DNA from: Balanoglossus misakiensis
Taxonomy: Eukaryota; Animalia; Hemichordata
Length of the DNA: 64,000 nucleotides
NCBI GenBank assembly: GCA_040954595.2
Contig: CM082590.2
Span: forward strand, 7,192,001-7,256,000
Reading direction: 5' to 3'
The translations under genes were made by a program, and so were the position numbers. Below the pieces are notes generated by a model. The model had not been told where the DNA came from. It worked only from the letters and a program-made list of their open reading frames with translations, and ran no database searches. Position 1 is the first letter of the stretch. Every line of letters starts with the position of its first letter. Of the stretch, positions 10,853-23,564 are shown piece after piece.

Positions 10853-13800
10853 ATGATGGCAGGTAGGAGCACCATGGCAAATATACAGCCTAACACTACC
10901 CTATATACACCCTTTTCCATGCATACCCGACAAGGTTCTTTAATAGATAGGCGTTTCCATGCATGGCCGACGAGGTTCTTAGATAGACATTTTCTTACTA
11001 ACTTACCCTTACATGACCAAGGCCATGGGGTGACTAACACCCTTACACGACCACGTCGAGGTTCTTAGATAGGGATTTCCATGCATAACCGCCGTGGTTC
11101 TTACATAGGGATTTCAATGCATAACCGTCGAGGTTCTTAGATAGGGGTTTCCATGCATAGCCGCCGTTGTTCTTAGATAAGCATTTTCTAAGATGGAGAC
11201 TTTTTTATGTTCAATGTAACATGATTTCCTTAACTTACAGTTTACCACAAGTACATTATCATTGGGGCAGGCCCAGCTGGCCTCCAGATGGGGTACTTCA
11301 TGGAGAAAGATGACGTAGACTATCTGATTTTAGAAGGATCAGATAAACCAGGGAATTTCTTCACCACGCAGCCGCGGCATCGCACCCTGATTTCAATCAA
11401 CAAGATCCACAACCCATTCCCGGAGAAAGAGTTCAACATGCGCCACGACTGGAACTCGCTTCTCTCCGACGACGATGCCTTGCGGTTCACCAAATACACG
11501 AAGGATCTCTTCCCCCGTGCAGAGGTCCTGGTGGAGTATCTGAGAGACTTCGCTGACAAGAACAAGCTGAGGATAACCTTCAAGACGTGGATCGAGAACG
11601 TGGACAAGGTCTGTATCACCCCAATATATTACATATAGGGTTAACTAATAACGTTTTTTTCATGTAGAATTAACGTTCATTTCATGTAGAATTCAAGTTT
11701 ATAACATGTAGGGTTAACGTTTATTATATATGCAGTTAGCTGATAACGTTTATTACATGTAGAATTAAAGTTTATTACATATTGGGTTAGTGTTACATAT
11801 TGGGTTAAGTGTTATTACATATTGGGTTAGTGTTACATATTGGGTTAAGGTGTTATTACATATTGGGTTAGTGTTACATATTGGGTTAAGTGTTATTACA
11901 TATTGGGTTAGTGTTACATATTGGGTTAAGTGTTATTACATATTGGGTTAGTATTTCATATAGGGTTAAGTGTCATTACATATTGGGTTAGTGATACATA
12001 TTGGGTTAAGGTGTTATTACATATTGGGTTAGTGTTATACATATTGGGTTAAGTGTTATTACATATTGGGTTAGTATTACATATAGGGTTAATTATTACA
12101 TATTGGGGTGATACAAAGGTCAAGTGCGCGGAGTCTGGAGAAGACAGGTTTAGACTGCGAAGCAGAGACGGGAATGTCTACGAGTGCGGCGTGTTGCTGG
12201 TTGCCACCGGAGCGAGGAAGGATATCGTCCCGGAGATTCCGGGCATCGAGTTGGCAGACACCTACTCCGAGCACAGCACTGACGTGAATGACTACACTGG
12301 GAAGTTTGTCGCCATATTTGGACGAGGAAACAGCGCCTTCGAAGTCGCCAACCACCTGTCTGCCGATGCTGCGGTCATTCACATATTTGGACAAGAGGCA
12401 CCTAAGTTTGCCTGGGACACTCACTTCGTCGGTAAGTGTCGCCAAGCCAAGCTCATTCCAATCTGAATAGACTATATTCCGCACTACTATACGAGACCGT
12501 ATTGCTTGGCTAGCAACCTGTTGCCCTGGTAGTTAACCAAGTCTCGCGACATCTCGCAATGATCTGAAATACATATACTGAGACAGTATTGCTTGTTTGC
12601 AATCTCATCATTTCTGGAAGTGTTAAAACCACCATTTGCATTTTGATACAACCAGCCTTTCTTATCATTTAAGGGAATTGGTCATACTTATTCCAAACAG
12701 GCATTGGTAAACATTGGTGATGGAATCATATTCGTTGTCGACAGAAGAAATAAGATGTAGGCCTACCATTTTCCCTGATATAGTATCTGTATCATTGTAC
12801 CCACATATGTATACCGTATGTCTATCCACCATTCTTTTCCATAGGTGATCTACGAGCTGTCAACAACAACGTCCTTGACATGTACCAACTGAAGAGTCTT
12901 AACTCCTACACACATTTTGATCCACGAGCTCTGAGGAAGCTGGAAAATGGGAAAATCGAGATCGACATCCAAACCCCTGGTTTGCACTGGGATCCTCCCG
13001 TCATGATCAATACAGCATTTGACTTCGATAAAGTGATCTGCTGTACCGGTTTCAGCTACGTAGATCCTGACATTTTCAGCGATAATTGTAAACCTGGTAA
13101 GTTGTCATGACAAAATACTGTACTTAAAGGCTTATTAACAAGGTGCCAGTTTTTGCAAAGTTTAAAGGTATACGGTCACCTCTAATTTACATGTCTCAAC
13201 TATAAAGCTTTTTCGGCTGCACTTTGTTGTCTGGATGTCACACTATGTGTTTTCCATGTGCTTTACTTGTGTTTCGGAGGCTCTACACATAATTTCTATG
13301 GAGGGCCTGACACCTAGAGCCTGAGAAACTTAGCACACCATGCGGGCGAGTTCACACGACACACACATCAGAATGTAGAGATCTTTGGCAACGGCGTATA
13401 TGGCTGTGTCAGCATGCTTTTGCACTTACCCTAACCCTAACCCAAGATATAACCGGAACTTTTCGGTAGGTTATTGTCCAGGGGGTAACCGTGACGTCAT
13501 GTCTTGTTAACAACAGGCGATGGTGAACACAAATATGATGAGCTCTCAGGTCAACCCTGTTACACACTGCAAGACATACATGTTCTTTCACCATCTACAG
13601 TTTTAGTTTGAAAATTGTAGTGCCATAAATAAATGGTAAACACCGATTATTCATTTTGACGAGTTTTTCACCCTCGTGTCTACAAGTTGGATGGAAGTTG
13701 TGTGTGGTTGAACGTTGATTCACTATATATACACATGTAGAATAATATAAACGGTGTCTTGTATCAAATATAATTAATGGAAAAAGGGCAGCGAGAGAGA

Positions 13801-15200
13801 GACTTTGTCCCTTTGAGGAAATCTTATCGTCTGACTATACTGTCCACAGCCACCAAGAAAGACGGCAAGTACCCGGATCTGAAGAACAATTGGGAGACAG
13901 AGAATGTAGCAGACATGTTCTACATGGGGACAGCGATGCAGGCAGTGGACAGAAAAGCTGCTTCCGGTTTCATCCATGGCTTCAGATACAACATCCGGAC
14001 GCTGTACCACTTATTGAAGGAACGGTACCACGACATTCCCTACCCATCTACGGAGCTGGAAAGAGATGCCATGACGATGAGCGAGTTCGTCGTCAGTAAG
14101 TATTAAGCTTGTAGAATATCCTTGTAGAATTACATAAATAGTGTCTTGTATCAAACAGAATTAATGGAAAAAGGGCAGCGAGAGAGAGACTTTGTCCCTT
14201 TAATGCACAGCAAGCGATGACAGTATGTAAATGTACATGGTATGTCATTGCAAATATAATCATATTCTCATTGGCAGATATTTTGTATTTTTAATACCAA
14301 CTCACACAAAATGCATAGCGAGTGTCTGTACACATACATAACTGCATATACAGAATCCTGCATATCATATGTCTTGTCTCACAACAGGTGCGTGTCAAAG
14401 TATATTCAAGTATGTAAATGTTTCACTCGCATCTTATCAACAGAGAGAGTATCGATTACAGACAGTTTGTATCAGATGTACGGCTTCCTGTGTGACGTAC
14501 TCATTGTACCGGAAGCAGGCGACCGGAAGCCGGTCTATTTCAAGGATCTCCCCGTGGATTATGTTTTCAGCAAGGAGTACTTCACTAATCAGAAGCACAT
14601 GTTTACAATCATTCTCAACTACACGTTTGAGAGGTAATGTCGGTGTGGTCGTCACTTTCCTCGATCCCCTGTTATCTCATCATTTCCTTAGTTGCCTTAA
14701 AGGGGGGCGGACGTTCCTTTTGCGCATGTGCGACGTTTCTATGTGAAAGTCTTCAACAGTGCTGTTGTCACAAGCTTAGATTCGTTTATAATGAGGTCGT
14801 GGTTCTCTTTATCTGTCACTGGTTGGAAGGTTCAAAGCCCTTTCAATTGAATTAATTGAACTAATGAAGCTTAATTTTATTCCTTCTAATGCGTGTTTTG
14901 TATCTGTTCCATCTTGTAGGCATGGACGTTTTGGTGCAATAGCAACAAGGTTCGGCACCATTCCGAACTTGGAACGAACCGACTGCCAAGCATTTCTGCG
15001 CCCGATTGTTTCCTATTACAACAAGGGAAAATATGTCGGTGAAGAAACCTGCAACGAGTCACTCATCCTTCGCTACGACATCAGAAACTTCAAAGGGATC
15101 AATGAAAGGTTAAACTTCAACAGGATTGCAAACTTCTTCAATAAATATGTAAGATTTCAAAGTCCATGCTACCAAACATGGCTAATATCATGTATGTATA

Positions 15201-15236
<36 letters not shown>

Positions 15237-15300
15237 TGTATGTATGTATGTATGTATGTATGTATGTATGTATGTATGTATGTATGTATGTATGTATGTA

Positions 15301-15335
<35 letters not shown>

Positions 15336-15370
15336 ATGTATGTATGTATGTATGTATGTATGTATCTATG

Positions 15371-15415
<45 letters not shown>

Positions 15416-15638
15416 GCATTTTTACCTACTTTTATCATGTTTATTACATGCATTTCAGACCGATGTTTCTCCTGGTGTCCATTATGATGTTCATATATGT
15501 GTTAGCGAAGAAGCCTACAAGAAGACGTTCGTGCCTCTCACAGAAGATCAGAAGAAGAGATTACCTTCAGAGTACTATGAGATGCCTGACTGCAAGACAG
15601 CTATCATGCATCTGACAAAAGATGGCGCTGAGAAGTGA
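10853..15638 (+). CDS. FOXRED2: FOXRED2-like FAD-dependent (pyridine nucleotide-disulfide family) oxidoreductase, ~595 aa
   Basis: Exons 10853-10862, 11241-11608, 12119-12431, 12845-13096, 13850-14095, 14444-14633, 14920-15148 and 15459-15638 join in frame. Motifs: IIGAGPAGLQMGYF, PRHRTLISINK, EFNMRHDWNSLL, VATG, GRGNSAFE, WDTHFVGDLRAVNN, CCTGF, SGFIHGFRY, LYQMYG. AATAAA at ~15724. The short first coding exon is the least certain part. Confidence 0.88.
10915..11185. repeat. Intronic minisatellite, ~38-40-bp unit
   Basis: ccgtcgaggttcttagatagggatttccatgcataa and variants recur through the interval. Confidence 0.75.
11612..12115. mobile_element. 504-bp TIR element forming an entire spliceosomal intron (Introner-like), with internal ~20-bp minisatellite
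   Basis: Perfect 16-bp TIRs tgtatcaccccaatat (11612-11627) and atattggggtgataca (12100-12115). AAGGTC is duplicated at 11606-11611 and 12116-12121. The GT-AG intron is 11609-12118. Confidence 0.85.
15192..15415. repeat. Compound microsatellite (TATG)n/(TG)n/(TATC)n in the last FOXRED2-like intron
   Basis: Directly visible in the sequence. Confidence 0.95.
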
Positions 15639-17688
15639 AGAGTTCGCAATTGAGGGCGGGCGTTTCCGGCTGTGTCAAAAGATCTCACTAAGAATCGTGT
15701 GGTGCATCGCTATTTTCTACCAAAATAAATAATCAGTGATTGAATGATTTACTCTGTATATCCAGGGCATATTTCAAACTTTAGTTTAAACTGAAAAGTA
15801 AAGAAATTCAAAATTTCAACACGAACCTAAGTTTAGTGTTTTTTGAATGTTTAAACTGTAAACGTGAACGTAAGCTAATACGTCATTTAGTGACGTCAAC
15901 TTCAAATGTCGTCACGATATCCAACATTTTCTTGAAAAATGGGTTTGTGATTGTACGAACCTCTGAATCTTATTTCACAAAGGTCTAGGCGTACCCCTGG
16001 ACTACCTACCTACCGTAAATTTCCGGCACCATATTTTATTAACATATACATTGCCTGCTAGAATATTAGGGCGCAAATTATTAAAGATCCGTGCTTTGTT
16101 TTGTATATAGGGTTAATAAATGGCTGATAGTAGTCAGTAGGTACATCTCGATGTTTTTTGACGCAAGAACAACGTACAGCATCATTAATTCGTGTGATAA
16201 CGTATTTTTCAGTGATTGTAAATATTTTAATCGAAATTGTAGTATTTTTTACGAAAACCAATAAATACACTAAATATCCTGTCATATCACGTGCTACTAT
16301 ACTGCACTGTAACGAGATCTCGTAGATTTAAAAATGGCGGCCAAGTTTGAATCCCCGATAGAAATATCGTCGATTTATAGCAGGAAGAATACTTTGGAGC
16401 AAGATTCAAGTGTCGGACGTTGTACTTTCTTGGATGGGATCAGGGGATGGACTTATTTTACAAGAGGTAAGGTTCAAACTCCATCGTTAGCTGATTCAAA
16501 TCGCATCAGAATGTTGAGTGTGAGTGTAGGTATATACTATAGGGGGGGGGGGGGCACTCGGCCAGTGAAGTACACAGCGCCATCATACGACTGAAGCAAC
16601 GTCGATACAACGAAAAGAAGTTATTGTCCTCTGTAAATGTTATCAAACCCATATTTGGGATACACGAAATATAAAGGCGAGAATTTAGCTGTAAATGATA
16701 AAATGCTAAGTAAGCATTTTTCCATAAATTTTCTCTGGGCAAAACCTTTCATGAATTTTATCTCAAATTGGAACTTCTATTTACTTCTTTTGACTGAGTT
16801 ATGTGTAAAAGTTGACAATGAATTGAAGTTGTTGTTTTTTCAGTCAGTCTCATGTAACGATATATATTCTAGCTTATGATATGTACTATGCACATATACT
16901 GTTGGTGGGAACATTGATGGTCCATACATGAAACTCATTGCTCTCAAAACAAACATAATCTCACAACACTGTCTCTTGTGCAAACAATGCATATTTATTT
17001 GACCTGTGACCTCATAGGCAAATTTTGTATTTTGCATAACATGTACAACACAGTCATTTCTCTAGAACTGATCATCACATCATTTGCATGCACTAATTTA
17101 TTCATACCCCAAAAACTACAAAATTAACAACCATTGATTTAAATTGCACTCATTTTAAAAAGGTTTTTTTTACAATTTGTAAATTTATTTCATTTATTTC
17201 ATTACCCAGGCAATACTTATATGGACTGTTATTCACATTAGTATTTTGCAATTTGAAAGGCAACAGTGAAAAAAAATACCCCCCCCCCCCCCAGTGGCAA
17301 ATGGTTTGACTGATCCCTACACATGTAACATAGGGTTTAAACCTTAATTTCATTTCTTTTTCCATTGCAATTTTCCATTTACACTGGTTTACACAATATT
17401 AGGAAACGACTTCCAATTTAGCATGTATGATACAACAGAAAAATATCAATAACTACTCAAATGAAACAAAAGTCAAACAATATCAACAGAAAACAACTCT
17501 GTCTCCTGAAACAATATGGCTGCCATGGTTGCTCAGCAACCATCACAACACAGAAATGACATCAATGTAAATACAAACACAGTTTATAGCCAACATTTAC
17601 AAATACTGAGTCAACCCACAAACTATCAAGGTTGCACTACAGCTGTGATATGAAACAAAAGGTCAACATAACAGTTTGCAACATTCTA

Positions 17689-17976
17689 ATTCTTCAATAT
17701 CAAATGACGTCAGACGCGCTCAGGCAGCAGTTACATTGGCATTCAAATTTCCAGATGACGGGCAACTTCAGCAACGTGGTGCAGACAAAGACTGTGCAGA
17801 CGAAACTCCATGGGGCTGATGAGGCACCATACCTGATACATGTTACGTGTCTGGCAGTTCGTAAAAACATACTCCGGAAAAACTTTTACTGGATGCCGAA
17901 ATATTGCTTGTCCGTCACCTGGAAATGACAACGCTGTGAGTCACATGGCCAGATCACGTGATTGATAGTCAAGAAT
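17689..17976. mobile_element. Dispersed ~290-bp repeat, probably a MITE with imperfect TIRs
   Basis: Related copies lie at ~38495-38793 (inverted), ~52445-52722 (inverted) and ~40255-40445. Ends attcttcaatatcaaatgacg and cgtgattgatagtcaagaat are imperfectly inverted. Confidence 0.65.
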
Positions 17977-19350
17977 ACAAAAACTGTAACTAATGGTGAA
18001 ATTATAGCAACAAAATATATGAAATATTCCAACAATGTGACAAATACAACACAAATGTGTCAAACCCATGTCAGTTTGACACAAGGTAGCAGAAATAGAA
18101 CAAAAAATATATGAACTAAACAAGTACGTACATGTACCTTGAAACTCGTAATCCTTTATGGCTGACAAGCTGATAAAAATTTAACAAGGCTACTACACAA
18201 CACATTGTCACCAGAAATTTATTTCTGATAATTTTTTTACATGTTACTTTTCAAATACTGGCAACATGTGGACGATCAAGGTGTTATTAAATTTGGAAGA
18301 CCTGAAAAATTTCAGAAAGTTTACCTTGCACTGATTTTAAAAATGTACTTTTGGAGATGAATTTGGTCAGCCTTGTACACTATCAGAATTTGAATTGTTA
18401 TACTTCATTAGTTATGACGGTAAATGGTTTCTCAATTTCTTTGGTGAAGACCAATGTTTAAAATTTCATTTTGATTCATGATTACCTATAAATAAATTTG
18501 ACATCTGTACATCACAATTTCTCAGCCAGTTTGTCTTTCTCTATGAAACAGAGAACCCCGTTCAGCCTTTGTGCACACGCAGACTTTCACCTGTGGTGCA
18601 AATATCAGATTCTACTTGTATGTCCTCTGTAATACGTTCTCAAGTTCATGTACATGTGTGTTCCCTAACAGAGAACAATTACATTTCTCCCTGTAAGGTT
18701 TGACTTGCAAAACTATTCTGATTACACTAGATATAAAGTATCCATTCAGTTGCTACTAAGACAGAAACATTTGATTGAAAATCTATCCAACCTGTACATA
18801 CTGGTTTCTTGATAAGATTTGTGTCAGTGAGGACAGATTTCAGCACATTTGTCACTACGAAAAACACATAGATCAGGAATTATATCCTGAAAATCATACA
18901 CTAATAGTTTGCATACCAATAATTTGAATCAGTATGGCCTTAATCCATACGTGAAAGTCTCTTCAAAATTACAAAAAAAATCATGTAAATAATGTCACAT
19001 TTGCTGTGGAGACTGTAAAGTTATTAATCAATCATCTGTTGACCACTTTCATGGGAGATCATCCATTAACCCTTTCACCACATGGTTCAGTCCAAACCCC
19101 ATTGTTTGCAATGGTAAGGTTGGACCTCTAAAGAGGGAACTGGGGGTGGAAGGGTTACCCTTTCAACACCATGGTTCAGTCCAAACCCATTGTTTGCTAT
19201 GGTAAGGTTGGATCACTAAAGAGTTAAACGGGGGTGATGGTCCCTCCAGCTCCTGGTGTCCAGCACACTGGAGTTAGTCACAACAGGAAGACCTTTCCTA
19301 ATCATCTCCCATTCCCACTATTCCGGGATATTGGACACTTTTCCATGGAT

Positions 19351-22300
19351 TCAGTTTGACGGTCCCTGGCATGTTGGGCAGTCGGCCATGACGGCAGGCT
19401 GGAAGTTTTCCACTTGTATTGTCGTGTGGTATATTCCGTACTTATGCCGCATCTTCCTGGTTGCTAGCCGCAGAATCTTCTGGTTGTCGACGCTGGGATC
19501 TTAGAGAAATAAACAAAAAAATCTTTCTTTATTCTCTCTGATAAAAAAAATCACTGAGTACTGCCTCAGTTTGTCAGTCTATATGTTATTGCATCTGTCT
19601 CAGTTATATCTCCACGTTTCAGAGTAAAAAATTAGCAATCTTTTCCAGTCTTTCAATTTCTCCTCTCTTTGTGTGTGTCTCTCGCTCCCTCTCACCTCAT
19701 CCCCCTTTCACTATCCCCTTCCTGCCTAATGCTCTGACCCTCTTATAACCTATCCCCCCGACAAACACACAGAAATACCCACCGCCAGTTCTGTCCCACC
19801 CTCCCTAGCTCTGTATGTGTGAGTCAACCCCCTCTGACCCATCATCTCCCCCTACACACACACACACAAATACCCACCTCCAGTTAAAGTTCTGTCCCTC
19901 CCTCTTTCTGTATCTCTGTCTCAACCCCCTCTGACCCATCATCTCCCCCGACACCCACAAATATCTCCCTCTCTCTCCCTCCCCTTTATTTCCCCACTAT
20001 CCCCCTTTCCATCTAACACTCTAACCTACCCCAAAACAAACCCATACCACCCCTTACACTCACCTATAGCTAGATGAACAGCCATTGCTGGTTTATGTGT
20101 CGTCAGCGACCATAGATGTAAACTATGAGCCATCTGTACACCTGGGATGGACACCAAATCTTCTTTCAAAGTATTATAATCTATATCCTTAGGAGCTCCT
20201 GAAATAGCAATGAAAATTCAGTATTACAACCACATTATTTGCAATGATGTACAGTGTACTACAAAGTAACAATGCATTGTTTGTAATGATGTACAGTGTA
20301 CTACAAAGTAACAACCATTGTTTGCAATAATGTACAATGCAATACAAAGTAACAACATTGTTTGCAATGATGTACAATGTAATACAAAGTAACAACCACA
20401 CTGTTTGCAATGATATACAGTGTGATACAAAGTAACAATCACATTGTTTGCAATGATGATGTACAGTGTACTACAAAGTAACAATGCATTGTTTGTAATG
20501 ATGTACAATGTAATACAAAGTAACAACCACAGTGTTGGCAATGATGTGCAATGTAATACAAAATAACTACATTGTTTGTAATGATGTACAGTGTGATACA
20601 AAGTAACAACCAAATTATTTGCAATGATGTACACTGTAGCAATAACACATGACCTACTTTGACTGTGTCATATAGAACCCATACCCACAGCCTACGACAG
20701 GATTGATACCCAACCTTTAAATTTAAGTATTTAAAAAATTCAGTAGAATTGATCAACTCACCTTCCATAAGTACATGCATGGCATCTTTTAAAATACTCA
20801 GTGTTGTAAAAAGCACCAGAATAGAAAACAAAAACGTACAGATTGGATCCACTATTTTAGCCTCAGGCTGTAATAAAAAAAAAAAAATACGTATTAACAT
20901 AAATTTACCCTTTTACCACTATGGTCCAGTCCAAATCCATTGTTTTCTATGGTAAGGTTGGACCTCTAAAGAGGGAACTGGGGGTGAAAGGGTTAATGAT
21001 GAAAGTGCCATAAAGAGCTTGACTTTGCATTCAAATCGGTAGCCGAATCTGAATAAACAAATATAATAAAAAAGGCTGATTATGACCATGCTATTATGAT
21101 CTGTACAGGTACGTACCTTATATTTAATTATATAAGCTGCTATAAGGACACCTATACTCTGTATAAGATCTCCCAGAACGTGAATAAACGCCGCCCGAAC
21201 GTTTATATTTGTCTTCTCTGGTAGTCGCTGGGGCTCCGCTGATTGGCCACTGCAACTGTCAATCATTCGTGTATCGCTTGGGTTTATGGAGTTGGCGCTT
21301 GTGAATGACGGCTCTATGTCGATGTGACTGATTGAGACGGGGTGGGAGGTCTGTCCACCGTTGTGTTGGGTGCGGTTGTGCGATTCGGGATGGTTTGACT
21401 GGTGGCTATGACTATGAGAACTTCCAAGTCCATGGCTGTGATTGTGCCCTGTCTGGTGTAGAACTAAACCAAGTCTACAATGCAAGAGGAAGAAAATGTA
21501 TATAAGACTCAAAAATATGAAGGGGACTCTTGTCGGAACATTAAAGGGACAAAGTCTCTCTCTCGCTGCCTTTTTTCCATTAATTAGGTTTGATACAAGC
21601 CACCGTTTATATTATGCTACTTGTGGATATATAGTGGCTCAACGTTCAACCACACACAACTTCCATCCCACTTGTAGACACGATAGTGAAAAACTCACCA
21701 AAATGAATAATCGGTGTTTACCATTTATTCTTTTTGGGCGAGTTTTTACTCTCATATCCTACAAACGGGATGGAAGTTGTGTGGGGTTGAACACTCATTC
21801 ACTACATATACGCATGTACATTGACATAAACGGTGTCTTGTATCAAACATAATTAATGGAAAAAGGGCAGCGAGAGAGAGACTTTGTCCCTTTAATGACC
21901 CTTTAACCCTTTCACCACCATGGTTTGGCCCAAACCCGTTGTTTTCTATGGTAAAGTTGGACCTCTAAAGAGGCAAGTGGGTGTGAAAGGGTTAAGTAAA
22001 ATTCAACCACACTAATCATGGGTCCAATACTCACATTAAATTCAATGCAACACCACAGGCTGCTGTAATAAGCATGACATCAGCATTAATTTCATAAGAC
22101 TGGTCCAGGCATCTCTCCACTGCCAGATACACCAGCACACCAGTTAGAATCCAGATTATGAGCACACTGACTACAGCACCGATAACCTCTGGCAAAAAAG
22201 TAAACAAACAAACATTTATAATAGAAATATTTAGAAATGGAAATATTAAGAGCATATACATTCAATACATTCATAGCTGGCATATATGTACACACACAAA

Positions 22301-23564
22301 TACATACATACATACATACATACACACATATTACAGAAATACATAAGAAACAATTTCAAATATTTCAATATTTCAATAGCTTAAGTGATTTGTTTTACAG
22401 TATTTAATTGGTTTCTTAAAATCGACACTGTTCGAAACATGTTCTTTAATCCTCAAAAAATAGAATAATTATTAGGGCTTTATAATAGAAAACCTAAAAT
22501 CCTGGTGTCATGTGTGTCAGCAGGCCAGAGTAAAAATAATCTCTGTTATGCCGAAGGGGGAGGTTACATATTAATTATTCTATTTGGACCAAACCATTTT
22601 GTGAAAGTGTTTAATGTTCAGAGTGACACCATTTTCACAACTTGGGACATGAGCTTACCTGCTCTGTAAAAACCGAAGGACATTTTCCTCGTGGCCGGTC
22701 GCTTAGCAACCCAAAGGGCAAAGAGACTGATGAGGAAACTGGCGAAGTCGCTGAGAAGATGGGCAGCGTCCGTCATTATAGCCAGACTGTTAGCAATGTA
22801 TCCACCTGTGCATAAAAACAAGAAAAACAGAAATAATTCTATGTATTTTAACTAAAACCTCCACCCACTCCAGAAATAAAATGGTTCTTCCCTACCGGAT
22901 GTGTTGGTTACTTCCGGTCACCAGCGATCTGTGTCGTTTTCGGGTTTCCAAATGCACATTGCGATACTGAACACCATCGAAACTGTGCATGTTCGAAATC
23001 GCGTCAAGATCTTGGTAAATAAACGCTTAAAAACTCAGGCAAGGTGACCTTGAACCCCAAAACATGGCAGTCTACTGCGCACAAATGTTTGTAACAATCG
23101 CCTGTTCATTTCTACGGCCACCAACTTGTCAAGTCTCAACTTGAGTCAATTACTGCGCAGAGAAATCCAATCGCACACTCACCTACGATTTCAGCCACCA
23201 TGAAAACCAGGACTAAACAACAAGCGCAGATCAGCTGATTGCGAGCTTTGTCTGACATGCTCGGCGCCTGTCCGGTGTGGCAATGGTGGTCCTTCGCTCG
23301 CAGTAAATTGACCAGCGTGTCGTCGCTGTCCGACGGGCAGATCAGCGGCGCGTCGTCGTCGTCCCCGTCGCTGATCTCCTCGTCCCCGTCGTCCCTCAGC
23401 TGCAGTCGCGGGGAGTCCCGGCGGCTCATGTTGCCCCGTGAGATCGTGAACACCGGCGGATCGTCGTCGTCGTCGTCGTTCAGCAGGGCCCCGTAGTGGT
23501 TGCCGCGAAAATCTCCCAGCTCGCTTCTTACAACAAACAACTCCTGAGCGTTCGCGTTCGCCAT
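19351..23564 (-). CDS. SLC30A2: Zinc transporter, SLC30/CDF family, ZnT2/3/4/8 subfamily
   Basis: Exons 23564-23183, 22805-22659, 22188-22035, 21474-21117, 20867-20762, 20198-20064 and 19499-19351. Motifs: HHCH, SLAIMTDAAHLLSD, FGFYRAEVIGA, a His-rich loop, NINVRAAFIHVLGDLIQS, DPICTFLFS, LMEGAP, LHLWSLT, TTIQVE and a C-terminal CxxC. The exact vertebrate orthologue is uncertain. Confidence 0.92.
20222..20640. repeat. Intronic minisatellite, ~40-43-bp unit
   Basis: ttgtttgcaatgatgtacagtgtaatacaaagtaacaaccaca and variants are tandemly repeated. Confidence 0.9.
21545..21891. mobile_element. Kolobok-like MITE family 1 (TTAA TSD, AGGGACAAAG termini)
   Basis: Structure ttaa-agggacaaagtctctctctcgctgcc...ggcagcgagagagagactttgtccct-ttaa. 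Other full or partial copies are near 13630-13815, 14140-14203, 25480-25730, 26935-27148, 34964, 38925-39628 and 42940. Confidence 0.8.
21907..21991. mobile_element. Tiny (~85-bp) piggyBac-like MITE
   Basis: Structure ttaa-ccctttcac...gtgaaaggg-ttaa. Related copies are at ~19067-19230, 20905-20996, 56205-56372 and 59535-59624. Confidence 0.7.

Noticed and set aside
13428-13443. Telomere-like (CCCTAA)n
   Set aside because: Only about 2.5 units inside an intron; too short to call an interstitial telomere.
14864-15638. MYVC-repeat ORFs (and HSFI-repeat ORFs at 36180-36743)
   Set aside because: They are translations of intronic microsatellites; only their exonic parts are real.
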